A stretch of DNA of 64,000 nt. Source: Callorhinchus milii (lineage: Eukaryota). The DNA lies in assembly GCF_018977255.1 (NCBI RefSeq), contig NW_024704743.1, positions 96,226,001-96,290,000 on the forward strand, in the 5' to 3' direction. The notes below the pieces were generated by a model. It was given only the letters and a program-made list of their open reading frames with translations, did not search any database and had not been told where the DNA came from. Both the position numbers and the translations under genes were made by a program. Positions within the stretch are counted from its first letter, which is position 1; every line of letters begins with the position of its first letter. Shown here in pieces: positions 12,237 to 24,555 of this stretch.

Positions 12237-13208
12237 ATCATGGAATCTATAAGGTCTACCTGAATTGGCAGCCAGAATCTCAGTTTAACACTTCATCCAA
12301 AGGACAACATCTCAAACAAAGCAGAGCTCCCCCAGCACAGGTTCAGTGAGTCCGAGGAAGGAAGAAGTGAACTAGTCTAGGTACGGTGGGAGATTCCAGT
12401 GACTCCACATTGCTTTATTTACTCTATTATTGAGTTCTTTCTGCTATACTGTAGGCCCTTTTAAACCTAGGTTTAAAATCCACGAGTTTGAAACTTGCTG
12501 ATTTCTGTTAATGTCAGTGTGTGGGAGGCAGTCCATTGCCCTCCCATTGTGACCTCCTGGAGCTTGAACATGGAACGTATGACTTGTGCAATAACCCCAG
12601 AGGAAGCTGGTATTGTATTGGTGTCCTGTGGAGCTATGATGTTAGCACTCACTCCTGTGAGCATATGGATTCTCTGCTTGATTTGCATGTGTGTGTTTGT
12701 GGATGGGGAGAAAGATAAGGGGTGAGATGATTAACCGAGAGGTGATAGGCGAGTGATTTAATCAGTTTGAATTCCCCTACTCCAAGGCACAAGCTGTCTA
12801 TTCAAGCATGTAAACCATTAACAGTCAGGCTGATTTTAATTTTCAATAGGTTCCTAGGAATGTGCTACCCACTGCTGCTAAATTCATTGTTGTAACACGG
12901 AGCACTGCTGAAGAGAAAGAGCTGCCATCAAGCTCATCAGATGGCTGGTTTCAATATGTAGAGAGTAAATGGGGAGCTGGAAGCCATGACAGGACATTTG
13001 GGGTCCAAAGTGAAATTAAAATTTAAACATTCACAATGTATCAATCAGAAATATGTCTGGTATGTGAGGTGTTGGAGGCGGTTTCCTTCAGGCATTCATA
13101 AAGTCAAAGGCCAGGACCAGGCAGTGAATTGGATTTGTGGTAAACTGGGGAAGCGACTGCAGTAGGGAGGGCTCTGGCCTACACTGACCTATAACTGAGT
13201 ACTCTAGA

Positions 13209-14287
13209 ACAACAACAAAATTACATTTGTATAGCGCCTTTCACATTGGAAGGACATCCCAAGGCCTGGACAATCAATGTTTCGGACTCGAGCTGTGGGT
13301 CGGGATTGGGGAGGGTGGACAGCAGGGAGGTAAGCAGGGTGATCGAAAGCACGGTCGAAGAGGAGGATCTTGAGATGGGTCTTGAAGAGGCAAGGGAGGG
13401 GGCAAGGCGGAGGGACTGTGGGATGGAGTTCCAGTGGGTGAGTGCAGAAGGCCTGCCCGCCAATAGTGGGGCGAGGGAGGCAGGGGACGTGAAGCAGGTC
13501 TAAGCCCGATGAGCGGAGGGAGTGGGCAGGTTGGTAGGGGTTAGCAGGTTGCAGAGGTAGGGGGAGCGAGGCCATGGAGGGCTTTGAAGGTGAGGACCAG
13601 GATCTTGAACTGTATCCTCTGTTTGATGGGAAACCAGTGGAGTCAGGTGAGAATGGAGATGATAGGTTCACAGAGCTTTCACAGAGAGGACATGAGCTGC
13701 AGAGTTCTGGATGATCTGCAGCCTATGGAGGAAGGAGTTGGGGAGCTTGACAAGCAGGGAGTTTGGATAGTCACGCCTTGATGTTATGAATGCGTGTATG
13801 AGGGTTTTGGCGGCCTGCAGTGTGAGACGGTGGCGGAGCCAGGAGATGTTGCGGAGGTGGGGGAAGGCAGAGCGGGTCATGGTACGGATGTGGGGTAGAA
13901 AGGATAGTTGAGGGTCAAACAAGACGACAAGGTTCCAGACTTAGTAAGATGGAGTGTGCATCCTTGGATGGTGATGCTGTCAGCGCCTGAGGTGTGAAGG
14001 TGTTGACAGGAACCAATCAGGAGGGCCTCGGTCTTGTTTATGTTCAACTGAAGAAAATTAGCTCTCATCCAGGACTTGATGTCTAGCAGATATTCTGTCA
14101 GGACAGCAGTGGTCCTGGAGTCAAGGGTGGAGGCAGAGAGATAGAGTTGGGTGTCATCCGGATACATGTGAAAGTTGACCCCATGTTTGCGGATGATGTC
14201 ACCAAGAGGGAGCATATAGATATTGAAGAGCAGGGGACCAAGGACAGAACCCTGAGGAATGCCGCATGAGACGGTCCGAGGTGCAGC
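13209..14287 (-). mobile_element. L2 LINE, 5'-truncated, frameshifted ORF2 (RT C-terminal half)
   Basis: [13 protein letters not shown]...YPDDTQLY...LNINKTE in ORF 13877-14335; (GTT)n tail at 13209; 9-bp TSD tactctaga at 13200-13208 and 14288-14296. Confidence 0.95.
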
Positions 14288-14439
14288 TACTCTAGAGGTA
14301 GAGCGAACTTCATGTTGGACATGTCTATTTGCCAAAGGACCTCACATGAGCACCTGGATGAAGCAGTTTGTGTTGAGTTAGCCTGGTACACAGCATTAGA
14401 CTTGGATCTCCAGAAGATCAAGGTCACTGTCCTGAATAA

Positions 14440-14605
14440 GTCTTCCCAGCTCTCCCTCCTCGAGCTCCTCCAACCTGGTTTCCACCCTGCCCACAACATT
14501 GACAGCTCTGGTCAAAGTCGCTTTTGCCATCATCTCCATCTGTGACCAGGGCTCTCTCTGCCTCCTCTTTCTCCTTGACTTCTCTGCTGCCTTTGACACA
14601 GTAAA
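14440..14605 (+). mobile_element. Older L2 RT fragment
   Basis: Encodes QPGFHPAH and [21 protein letters not shown] with a frameshift. Confidence 0.8.
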
Positions 14606-14767
14606 TAACTCAGCACCTTCCTGAGAGGCTGAGAGGCTGGGTTAACTGGAAGTTGTCTGGGATCTGGGATTGTGAGCACATGCTCATATATCCAGGGCTT
14701 GGTGTCCATCTTGATCATTTGCAAATAGATGAGCAACGGCTGCTGAAGTCTGCACTTCAGTTGGTGG

Positions 14768-17100
14768 AACAACAACAACAACAAGATTCCATTTATAGAG
14801 TACCTGTCACGTCGGGAGGACGTCCCAAGGTGCAGAACCCGAGTCAGGACCCGAGCAGGGGGGAAATGGTCAGGGTGAGGGGAGGGAAGGGAGGGAGCGA
14901 GGAGGGGGTAGAGAGTCGAGACGGGAGCTGAAGGCACGGTCAAAGAGAAAGGTCTTGAGACCGGCCTTGAAGGAGGAAAGGGAGGAGGCGGCGAAGGCAC
15001 TGGGGGATAGTGGAGTCCTGTAGCTCAGTGGTTAGAGCACTCGCTTTGCAAGCGAGAGACCTGAGTTCAATTCCAGTCAGGGCGAAACCTTGGGCAAGTT
15101 TCCTTACTCCACACAGAGCCTAATAATAATCCCTCCAAAACAAAAAACAATAATAAATTGGTCATTTTCAATCTACGACTGTTTGTGGGACATTGCTGTG
15201 CGCAATTGGCTGCCGCATTCGCCCACAAATATACAGTCAATTCACTTTACAGTGTGTTCTGTGAAGTGCTTTGGGACGTCCTCCCGACGTGAAAAGCGCT
15301 ATATCAAATGCAAGGATTATTATATAGAGTTCCAGAGTCTAGGGGCTGAGAGGCTGAAGGCCCGGCCACCGATGGTAGGGCGGTTGGGGTGGGGGATGTG
15401 GAGCAGACCAGAGCCAGAGGAACGGAGGGTACGGGCGGGTAGGTAGGGGGATAGTAGGTCGGAGAGGTAGGAGGGAGCAAGGCCGTGAATGGCCTTGTAG
15501 GTGAGGATGAGGATCTTGAAATCGATCCTCTGGGGGATGGGGAGCCAGTGGAGGCGAGCGAGGGTGGGAGTGATGTGGTCCCGAAGCCTGGTGCGGGACA
15601 GTACACGAGCTGCAGAGTTCTGAATGACCTGCAGCTTGTGGAGGGAGGTGGCGGGAAGGCCGGCGAGGAGAGAGTTCCCATAGTCCAGCCTTGAGGTGAT
15701 AAAGGCGTGGACCAGAGTTTCAGCAGCGTGAGGGTTGAGGTAGTGCCGTAGTCTGGCGACATTTCGGAGGTGATGGAAGGCGGTGCCAGTTGTGGCGCGG
15801 ATATGAGGGAGAAAGGACAGCTCAGGGTCGAACAGAACCCCGAGGTTCCTGACTGGCTTTGAGAGGTGGAGAGTGCAGCCTTGGATGCTGATGCTGTCAG
15901 CGCCTGAGGTGCGGAGGCGCTGACGTGAGCCAATCAGGAGGGCCTCAGTTTTACGCACGTTGAGCTGGAGAAAGTTGTCTCTCGTCCAGGACTCGATGTC
16001 GGACAGGCAGCTGTCAGGACATCGGTGGTCGTGGAGTTGAGGGTAGAGGAGGAAAGGTAGAGTTGGGTGTCATCCGCATACATGTGGAAGTTAACCCCAT
16101 GTCTGCGGATGATGTCACCAAGGGGGAGCATGTAGAGGGTGAAGAGGAGGGGACCGAGGACAGAGCCCTGAGGGACACCGCACGAGACAGTGCGGGGGCT
16201 GGAGGAAAAACCATTCGTGGAAACAAAGTGAAGACGGTGGGAGAGGTACGACCTAAACCACTCAAGGACAGGGCCTTGAAGGTTGAGGTGGGAGGACAAG
16301 CGGTGGAGGAGGATAGCATGGTCGACCGTATCGAATGCTGCCGATAGGTCGAGGAGGACGAGGAGGCAGAGGGAGCCCTGGTCACAGATGGTCAGGATGT
16401 CATTGGTGACCTTGACCAGGGCGGGTTCTGTGCTATGGGCAGCACGGAAACCCGACTGAAGGGGTTCGAATATGAATGGGTGGAGAGGAAAGAGTGCAGC
16501 TGGGAGGCGACAACTCGTTCCAGGACCTTGGACAGGAAGGGGAGGTTGGAGATGGGCCGGTAGCTTGATAGTTGTGACGCATCAAGGCAGGGTTTTTTCA
16601 AGGTGGGAGTGATGGTGGTAGTTTTTAAGGGAATGGGAACAGAGCCAGAGGAGAGGTACAGGTTGACGATGTCTGTGATATGTGGGGCAAAGAGGTGGAG
16701 CTGGGAGATAAGGAGTGGAGTGGGGATGGAGTCAAGGGAGCAGGCGGTGGGTTTCAGGGATAGGATGAGTTTGGTGACAGAGGGTGGGGAAACGGGTACG
16801 AAAGTGTGTAGGGGAGGATGGGTAGGAGTCGGAGTGTGGGAGGGAGGGGGTGGGGGGTGGGTGGATGTTGGAGGGGAAGTGACCGCGGAGCGAAGTCCCT
16901 TGATTTTGGATTCAAGGAAATCCAGCATCTACTCGCAGTGAAGGTTGGAGGAGATGACCTGCGCGGGGTGGCGGGGGGGACGGAGGAGTCGGGATGTGGT
17001 AAAAAACAGTATCCTGCGGATGATGTCACCAAGGGGGAGCATATAGAGGGTGAAGAGGAGGGGAGCGAGGACAGAGCCCTGAGGGACACCGCACGAGACA
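14768..17100 (-). mobile_element. Young L2 LINE, 5'-truncated within ORF2, interrupted by a SINE; ORF2 frameshifted (pseudogene)
   Basis: [39 protein letters not shown] and HITPTLARLHWLP...GGRAFSLSAPRLWNS across ORFs 16392-16928, 15934-16299 and 15320-15958; (GTT)n tail at 14768; many CpGs retained. Confidence 0.95.
15010..15323 (+). mobile_element. tRNA-Ala-derived SINE (family A, short-body variant) inserted into the L2 3' end
   Basis: gtggagtcctgtagctcagtggttagagcactcgctttgcaagcgag (anticodon-arm-like stem with TGC); TSD atag at 15007-15010 and 15324-15327. Confidence 0.92.
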
Positions 17101-17334
17101 CCATCACAGGAGGATGGTAGCAATACTGTCACACATTTCATGTGAGTTATGCTGCTTACTTGAAAGCACAAATAGGGTTCCTGGTATCTGCTGCCTATCT
17201 AATGAGGGCTCAGACCTGCATTTGTCAGATGTCAAATGACTATCTTCCTTGGGATGGAGGGGATGGGAGGTAAGCAGGTAAGCAGGCTCGCCTGCTGTTC
17301 TGCTATTTTATTAGACTACAAGAGGATGGGGAAA

Positions 17335-17497
17335 ATAATAATAATAATCCTTGCATTTGATTTATCTCAAAGCCCTGTATAAAATATGCTGTAAAGTGAA
17401 TTGACTGCATATTTTGTGGCGAAATGTGGCAGCAAATTGTGCACAGTAGTGTGCCACAACCAGTCATGGATTAAAGTAACCAAATTATTATTTATTT
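17335..17497 (-). mobile_element. SINE (family A) 3' half
   Basis: ataataatccttgcatttga...gtaaagtgaattgactg... Confidence 0.8.
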
Positions 17498-18394
17498 AAA
17501 TGAAGAAAAGGCAGGTAACTGGGCTGTGAGGATTGCTCTTCAAAAGAACCATGACAGATGGGCTGAATCGCCTTCTTCTGTGCTATACATTTCTATGGTT
17601 CTAGACCTGTTAATCAAATGCAAGAATTATTAACTAATGATAGTAAAACAATAATATAATAATAATCTCCTTTCCCCTCCTTTTCTCTATTTAATACCCT
17701 TTACCTCGCCGGTAACTATCTATTTCACTTTTAAACATCTCAGTCAATTCAGCATTACAGCCATCTGGGGCTGTGTACAGGGTTAAAATGTTCTGTTCAA
17801 TGAATGGACTTTAACACCAGAGAAAATGAAGTCTTTCATTAAAAGCTAAATTCTGAATACCCATAGATTTGAAAAAAAAGTCATTTCTAAGTTCAGCTGC
17901 TGGAACAATTGGTCACTCTGTGAAGAGCTATTCTCTAACCTTGTGTGAAGAAATACTTTCTAAGAAATACTTTTAATTAGCCTGTTGAGATGCACATTAA
18001 AGATCTCACGACAATTTCAAAAGAGAAGAGATTTTCTTGCCGTGTTCTGCCCATTCACTTAATGGTTGTTTGTAGGACTTTGCAAAAAGTGATTGTCATG
18101 TTTGTCAACCAAAAATAGTCACCACACCTGACAACAAATTCTGTACCTTTGAAAACAAATTGAGATGTGTTAAGATACTATAAAAATTCTTGCATATTCC
18201 TTCTTTTGAAAGAAGTAATGGCAGGTTACTGGTCATAATAGTTTGTTTATAGAACTGATCAATTTATGATGGGGGAGGATCTGTCAATGAGACCTCCTTT
18301 AAAGAAAAACAGGTTAAAGTGGTATTACAGAGTGTTAGATGATGTATAGCCAAATGTTACCAGATCTTTTGGAATGAACAAACAAATCATCTTA

Positions 18395-18580
18395 TTGGCA
18401 GTGACAACCCTATCCTTGCTGCAAGTTGTTCATGTCTCGATGTTGGGTGACGACAGGATAGTGCTTGATGTGATGTCCCTTAATGGTCACACAGCTTGTC
18501 AACACTCACTGTCTAGGCTCATACATGAAGAATGGTTATTTATGTCAGCATCTTTAGTAGAGGAGGGGGGGAAAAGATAG
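18395..18580 (+). mobile_element. AmnSINE2-like SINE 3' part
   Basis: gatgttgggtgacgacaggat...aacactcactgtctaggctcatacatgaagaatgg. Confidence 0.65.
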
Positions 18581-19330
18581 AACATTGGTAAGAAGAGAAA
18601 GGAAAAACTCTTAAGTGGCTGTGGTTTTCTCACATCACTGGCACATTAGCTCTGCAAAGAAAGGAGATATTTCCCACTGCTTGATGTGATGACACAAATT
18701 GGTCCGACACAGTCACTCTTCTCATGAACTGTGTCGTCTCCTGGATTCAGTTTCACTGCCTCTAAAAGCTGCCCCTCTGAGCAACTATTTGGGAGATTAA
18801 GAGATTCCCATAACCCACTGAGTACCCTGCCAACCAGCACTCAGCTGTCAAACATGTCTTTCACGCAACATCTGCAAAAAAGATGTTCCATCAATTTCCA
18901 GCAAAGAGCTTGATAATACAGAGCTGGAAGGACAATGAAGAGCTACCTAGGGCCAGGTTATCCTGAGAACAAGGCAACAACAAGATCTGATTTTGGTGCA
19001 GAAATGCTACTGCTTTTCTCAAAGGGTAAATCAGGTCATGCCCTTTCTGGTCAGACCTCCCAGACTATGTCTCCATAAACAAGCATCAAAATTAGTGCTG
19101 CATATCAGTCCCCTCTCAAGAATCTTTTGATTTCTGAAGGACACGAGGTGTAGATTTGTTGGTAAAAGAGGTATAACCTTTTCACATGAATGGTGCAATA
19201 GAGGGGCCATTTTCCGAGGGTCTGTTCGCATTACTCAGCTCTGACGGCTTCTTGCAAGAAATAGACTTTCCAGCAGTGCATCATTCTGTGAAGTCTGTTA
19301 CTGTACTGCTCCCATCCACAAACCAAAATA

Positions 19331-19362
19331 GTGTGTGTGTGGGGGGGGGGGGGGGGGGGGGG
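19331..19362. repeat. (GT)n followed by a poly-G run
   Basis: gtgtgtgtgt then about 22 consecutive G. Confidence 0.9.
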
Positions 19363-19589
19363 AGAGGGGACATGAGGGTAACATTGCATTGTCAAACATT
19401 GTGCTCTATAATCATCAACCCACTGCAGCTGTGACCCTCACTCCCTCCCTCCTGACTGTAGCACAGTGGTGGGGCCTGAAGTTGTGTGAAAGCAGCCATT
19501 GGAGATGCCGCCTTGCAGAGTACACATCTGAATGCAGTTTTGCAAAATATCATCTTAATTCCGATTTTTCTGTTGAGTTAAACTGGTAT

Positions 19590-19815
19590 CCCATTGTCAG
19601 GCAGGTTTTCAGTTATTCTGCCCTCGTTCTTTGGAACTCCATCCCAGAGTCCCTCAAACCCTTCTTTGACTTTCAGTCATCTTTCCTCTTGTCATACCCA
19701 CCCTTTTCAGATATCCCCACCCCCAGCTCGGGTGTTCAGCCAACAACGCGAAGCGCTTTGAGACGTCCACCCGGTCTGAAAGGCGCTATATAAATGTAAA
19801 TTGCATTGCATTGTA
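19590..19815 (+). mobile_element. L2 3' end fragment
   Basis: FSYSA..LWNSIP-like coding remnant, then aagcgctttgagacgtcc...ggcgctatataaatgtaaattgcattg. Confidence 0.75.
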
Positions 19816-20202
19816 TCCAGTGAATAGAACTCAAATGGTTGAGACAACCATTGTGATGAAGTTGGGAGGGGGGAGGAGGGAAGGTGGAAGTTCACACTTG
19901 CAGCCAGACTTTAGTTATTGCCTGGAACTTGACAATGTCATAATTATTGATAATAATATGACAATTATTACATGTCGCAACATTGAAAAAAGTTAACAAA
20001 AGGGAAAGCTAACGTGTGTTTGGTTAGGACCGAGCCATCAGGGAAGAGATAGGGACCCGTAGGCCAAGCGCCTCACTCAAAACGAGGGTAAATAAAAAAA
20101 CAATAATAATGTAATGATATTGTGCCCTTCACATGGGGTAGCACCTCAGAGCACAACAATGGCATAGGTTAATGCTGACTAGCATAAGAGGTGGGACTAC
20201 TT

Positions 20203-20413
20203 ATAATAATCCTTGCGTTTGGTATAGCGTCTTATCACGTCGTTGAGACATCTCAAAGCACTTCACTGAATATACTGTAAAGTGAATTGAATGTAAATTT
20301 TGTGGGCGAAACACAGCAGACAATTACGCACAGCAGTGACCCACAAACAGTTGAGTGACCAACTTATTATTATGTATTTATTGTGCTCTAAATCCTATGC
20401 TACAGGACTCCAC
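20203..20413 (-). mobile_element. SINE (family A) with large internal deletion
   Basis: Tail and body 20203-20375 joined to the head remnant gtgctcta...gctacaggactccac. Confidence 0.8.
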
Positions 20414-21957
20414 TAGAGTAGAAGGGAAGAAATAATAGAGCATGTAGTACTGTAGTAAAGATCCCTCGCCAAAAAACAGTGAGATAAAATAACATACATA
20501 ATCAAACATAAGTCACAGCAGAGTTAGAAAATTGTAATGTTGCTGATAAAAACACCTCACATCACGAATTACATTCTCTGCGGGAATTGTCTGGATCTTG
20601 TCTTTCCTGTGAAAGGTGCTATATCAAATGCAAGGATTATTATTAGGATTATCTCCAACATGCTGTACTCTGCCCAGGATTGCACTGGAGCTTGAGTCTA
20701 GATTGTGAGGTAAAAGGCCTGACTCACTCACTGCCTTCTGGCCTGGAGATAAGAGTGTTATCAATTGAGCCAAACTGATAGTTTAAAAGTTAACATGTTC
20801 AAAGCTGGTCAGTTGCTGTTGTATTTGCTAACAAGCCAATCACTACAGTTTGCTCATAGTACTTGTGAAGTGCTTGGAGTCATTTTAACGTAATAAGACG
20901 CTACAAAATTTTCTTTTTCTTAATGATAATGATATGGTTTGACAGGGGATATTAATTAGAGCACTACCTTTACTCTATTGGCCTCATTAATGCCTCTTCA
21001 ACAAAATGAACTGCCAAGCAGTAAAAACATTCAGGATAGAATAAAAGCATTAAAGAGGTATGTAAAATAGTTGGAAAGTGGGATTAAGAATGAAAGGAAC
21101 TCTTAGAAAAGAAGGTAATAGTGGCTCAGGCAAGATGGGATGAATGGCCTCTTGTGCAGAAATTTTTTATTTTTAAAGAGACTCGGGGTGGGGTTGGGGA
21201 GGCGGAGGGCACATCTGACTTCTTCTTCTGTGAATCTGTTGGAAGCTCCTCAAGGACGTAGACTGTGGTGAAACTTCTCACCCAAATTCAAGGGTAACAC
21301 AAGTTTAAAACGTACAAGTCCAGTCTGTCGTGGGTGACTTAATGGGTCACCTGGGGCTCCCAATGGAGAAAGAGAACGTTTCTGTTTCTTGGAAAGACAT
21401 GCAGCAAAGTCAATTATGAAAGGTGTTGAAAGGAAATCGAGGCAGCGCTGTCAGCAGGGATGTTAATCAGTGTCCCATTCTGGAAGAGCCAGCTGAGAGC
21501 AGTGAGACACTGAAGGCCATTAGACAGACATGCCATGAATAATTGCAATGGAAGTTCCTCAATTAACAAAGTCAGCAATAAACAGCTTCCCTCCACCACA
21601 TCGATTCTGACAGTGCTCACTACTCGTTGTGCAATGTGGACAGACTGCAAGTCTTTTGAGTGCTAATGTCATAATTTTGAACCCAGTTACTTAACATAAT
21701 GTATTGCCTGGTTCATTTCATTGCTGAAGAATGTACAGAGCCTTACAAGCACAGACCCCATGACATCCAATCCTGGCTCAATATATATAACAGTGCAGAA
21801 CCACAAGTTGTTAATTAACATGCATTACCATGTCTAACCTGTTCCAGATCCTTCTAGGTTGCTTATTATTGCAGCAGCAGGTAGTGATGTTTGGAAGCTG
21901 AGAGAATAAGACAAGTACTTTAACATATGATCTCTTGGCTGAGAAAGGGGGCTGGGT

Positions 21958-22323
21958 TAATAATAATAATCATTCTTGCATTTGATATGGGGCTTTATCA
22001 CATCTTCAAGGTATCTCAAAGTGCTTCACAGGATGTACTGTAAAGTGAATTGACTGTATATTTTGTGAGTGAAACGCGGCAGCCAATTGCGAACAGCAGT
22101 TTCCCACAAACAGTGGATTGAAGTGTCCAATTTTTTTTAAGGAATTAATACCCCTGGAAAAGCGATCCGCCAATCGACTAACAACCGGGTTCCTACTTAC
22201 TGCTAGCTAAACAGAAGCATGTGGAGTAACAAAACTTGCCCAACATTTCACCCTGCCGGGAATGAAACCCAGGTCTCTCACTTGCGAGGTGAGTGCTCTA
22301 ACCACTGAGCTACAGGACTCCAC
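21958..22323 (-). mobile_element. tRNA-derived SINE (family A), full length
   Basis: Ends in accactgagctacaggactccac; complete body and tail. Confidence 0.92.
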
Positions 22324-22621
22324 GAGTGCTAACGTTTGTCTTAATGCCTCCGGTTGAGGAAGAAAAATACTCAGCTAGGATTCCCTGATTGCCACAGTGT
22401 CCCTGTGAGAAATTGTCCATGTGTGGATATTGGGTGAGAAAAAGACCAAACAGGGCTGTGATGCATACACATATATACAAAAGCACCTGGATGGATGTAG
22501 ATTTATTCATTTATGTAGCATTTAGAGGCTTTAGAATTTGGCAAATTGTTGAATTTCAAACACTAGTGCCAAACAGTAGCTGAAAGTCCAAAAACATCAC
22601 ACACACTTTCATGGGGTCGAT

Positions 22622-22970
22622 AACACCAACGACAACAACTTGCACTTATATAGCGCCCTCCAAGCAGGGTAGCGTATCAGACCACTTAACAGTAGTGAAG
22701 CCTGACTCCGAGCTGGGAGGGAGGTGGCCTTAAGCATGGTCGAAGAAGAAGGTTTTCAGTCAGGATTTGAGAAAGGGTAGGGTGGGCAAGGCTGAGGGAC
22801 TGAGGGAGAGTGTTCCAGAGTTTTGGGGTGCAGTGGGTGAAAGCGTGACCTCGATGGTGGGGCCGAGGGTGCGAGGGACGAGCAGGAGGCCGGTGCCAGC
22901 TGAACTCAGGTGCTGGGTGGTGGATTGGGTAATGAGGTCAGAGAGGTAGGGAGGTGCCAAAGAGTAAGGG
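22622..22970 (-). mobile_element. L2 3' fragment (second subfamily)
   Basis: LAPPYLSDLI...LWNTLP-like remnant; tail reverse complement ggagggcgctatataagtgcaagttgttg. Confidence 0.8.
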
Positions 22971-23934
22971 ATTTGAACATGATTTGAACACAATAAACAT
23001 TTATTACATGCCGAGCCAGAGTAGAGGACCTCTGAATAACAAAATGTTATGAACATTTCTGTCAATTAAAGCAACAGAAAGAAAAACATTAGCAGATGGA
23101 TAGAACTTACATCAATAAATATCATTTTATGAATATGTGAAAGTCTCTTAAGAAGGACATGCAAAATTGTAAATTATTACACAGATATAAAAATGTTGGC
23201 AAATTAAGAGTAAGTAGTAAACAAACAATGGCAATAAAACTAATGTAACTTCATATTTCTTCCTCACTAAAATCATACCCAAATGAAGATGTTATACAAG
23301 TACACAGCGATATAAACGTGTCTCAAAAAAAATCATAAACATTTTAAGAATCGAGATAATGATAGGCTTACGACAATTGGTGTGGCTATCAATGTAAAAC
23401 AAGACTTACACTGCAGGAGTTCTTTGAAGATTGAGATCTGTTTTCTGTAGCAAATGAAAGATGTTTTACAGTTTCTTTTCACAAAAGTCACAAAGCAATC
23501 TCCATGTCAACAACAACAACAACTTGCATTTTTTGCATTTATATAGCTCCCCTCAAGCAAGGTAACATCCTAACGCGCTTGAAGTCTGAAATTGTTGAAC
23601 TGTGAAGGAGGTTGTATCTCAAATAGATGAGATGGTATTTGGTAGTAATAAGCTGGAGGATCCACTTGAGGTAATTTATATTCTTGGTAAGCTTCAGACT
23701 GTAGGTAGCATCATTCAGGTGGAGAGGAAGTATTTCTCCTTCCCCCAGTGAAAAGGGTACAATGTAAACCTTTGGCTCCTTAATGCTGCCTGCTGCCATT
23801 CCACCTGCCTCCGCCTACACTGTGACAGAGGGCCATTGTTAAAAGTTGCCCATGCTCCTGGTATTAGGGAAGTGCTGTTATATTTTGAGCACAAGGTGAT
23901 TGCCACCATCACAACAACAACTTGTATTTATATA

Positions 23935-24063
23935 TGTGCTCAATTGGCTGCCGCGTTTCGCCCACAAAATATACAATTCACTTTACAGTATATTCTGTGA
24001 AGCGCTTTGAGATGTCTTAAAAACATGATAAGGCGCTATATCAACTGCAAGGATTATTATTAT
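23935..24063 (+). mobile_element. SINE (family A) 3' portion
   Basis: caattggctgccgcgtttcgcccacaaaat...ggcgctatatcaactgcaaggattattattatt. Confidence 0.85.
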
Positions 24064-24439
24064 TTAGTGCAACTTCACATTTCCAAGGGTAGGGTCTTTG
24101 AACTACTAACCATAGGAGTAATTGAAAGGAAAGCAACATTTCCAATGACCATGGGTCTCCCAGATGACCTGAGGGTTATGGGATCATCAAAGTGAAGTGG
24201 GAGAAAGTAGTCATTCACAGAATTCTGATGGTGGTCAGCCAAGAGATGCTGGGGCATTCAAAGTCCAAGTTCAACACATGGCATAGTAGGGAGCCACAAT
24301 AGGGATTATAACATAGCAACAGTAGTTCACCACTTCCAGGAATATTATTTGGAACGCTCATTGTACAGGCAACAAATAGCTGCATTTGTGTCAAAACAGA
24401 TAAGATGCTCATATCTCAAAAGCAATGGCTTCTTCCAGA

Positions 24440-24555
24440 AACTATGGGATAAGAGCGGAGGAGTGGGACTAGTTGGCAGCTCTTTCAAAGAGCCAGCACA
24501 GGAACGATGGGCCGAATGGTCTCCTTCTGTGCTGTAAAATTCTATGATTCTATGA
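24440..24555 (+). mobile_element. CR1-type 3' tail
   Basis: gatgggccgaatggtctccttctgtgctgtaaaattctatgattctatga; similar tails near 17505-17602 and 40400-40440. Confidence 0.75.

Noticed and set aside
13209..14605. Twin-priming 5' inversion joining the minus-strand L2 and the plus-strand RT fragment
   Set aside because: The minus-strand element is closed by its own 9-bp TSD (tactctaga) at 14288-14296, so the plus-strand piece is a separate insertion
15010..15085. tRNA-Ala gene
   Set aside because: The tRNA-like sequence lacks a proper acceptor stem and runs into a SINE body and tail; it is one of many SINE heads
15304..16928. Functional reverse transcriptase gene or novel RT system
   Set aside because: Ordinary 5'-truncated L2 ORF2 with frameshifts and a SINE insertion; the overlapping antisense ORFs are GC-rich shadows
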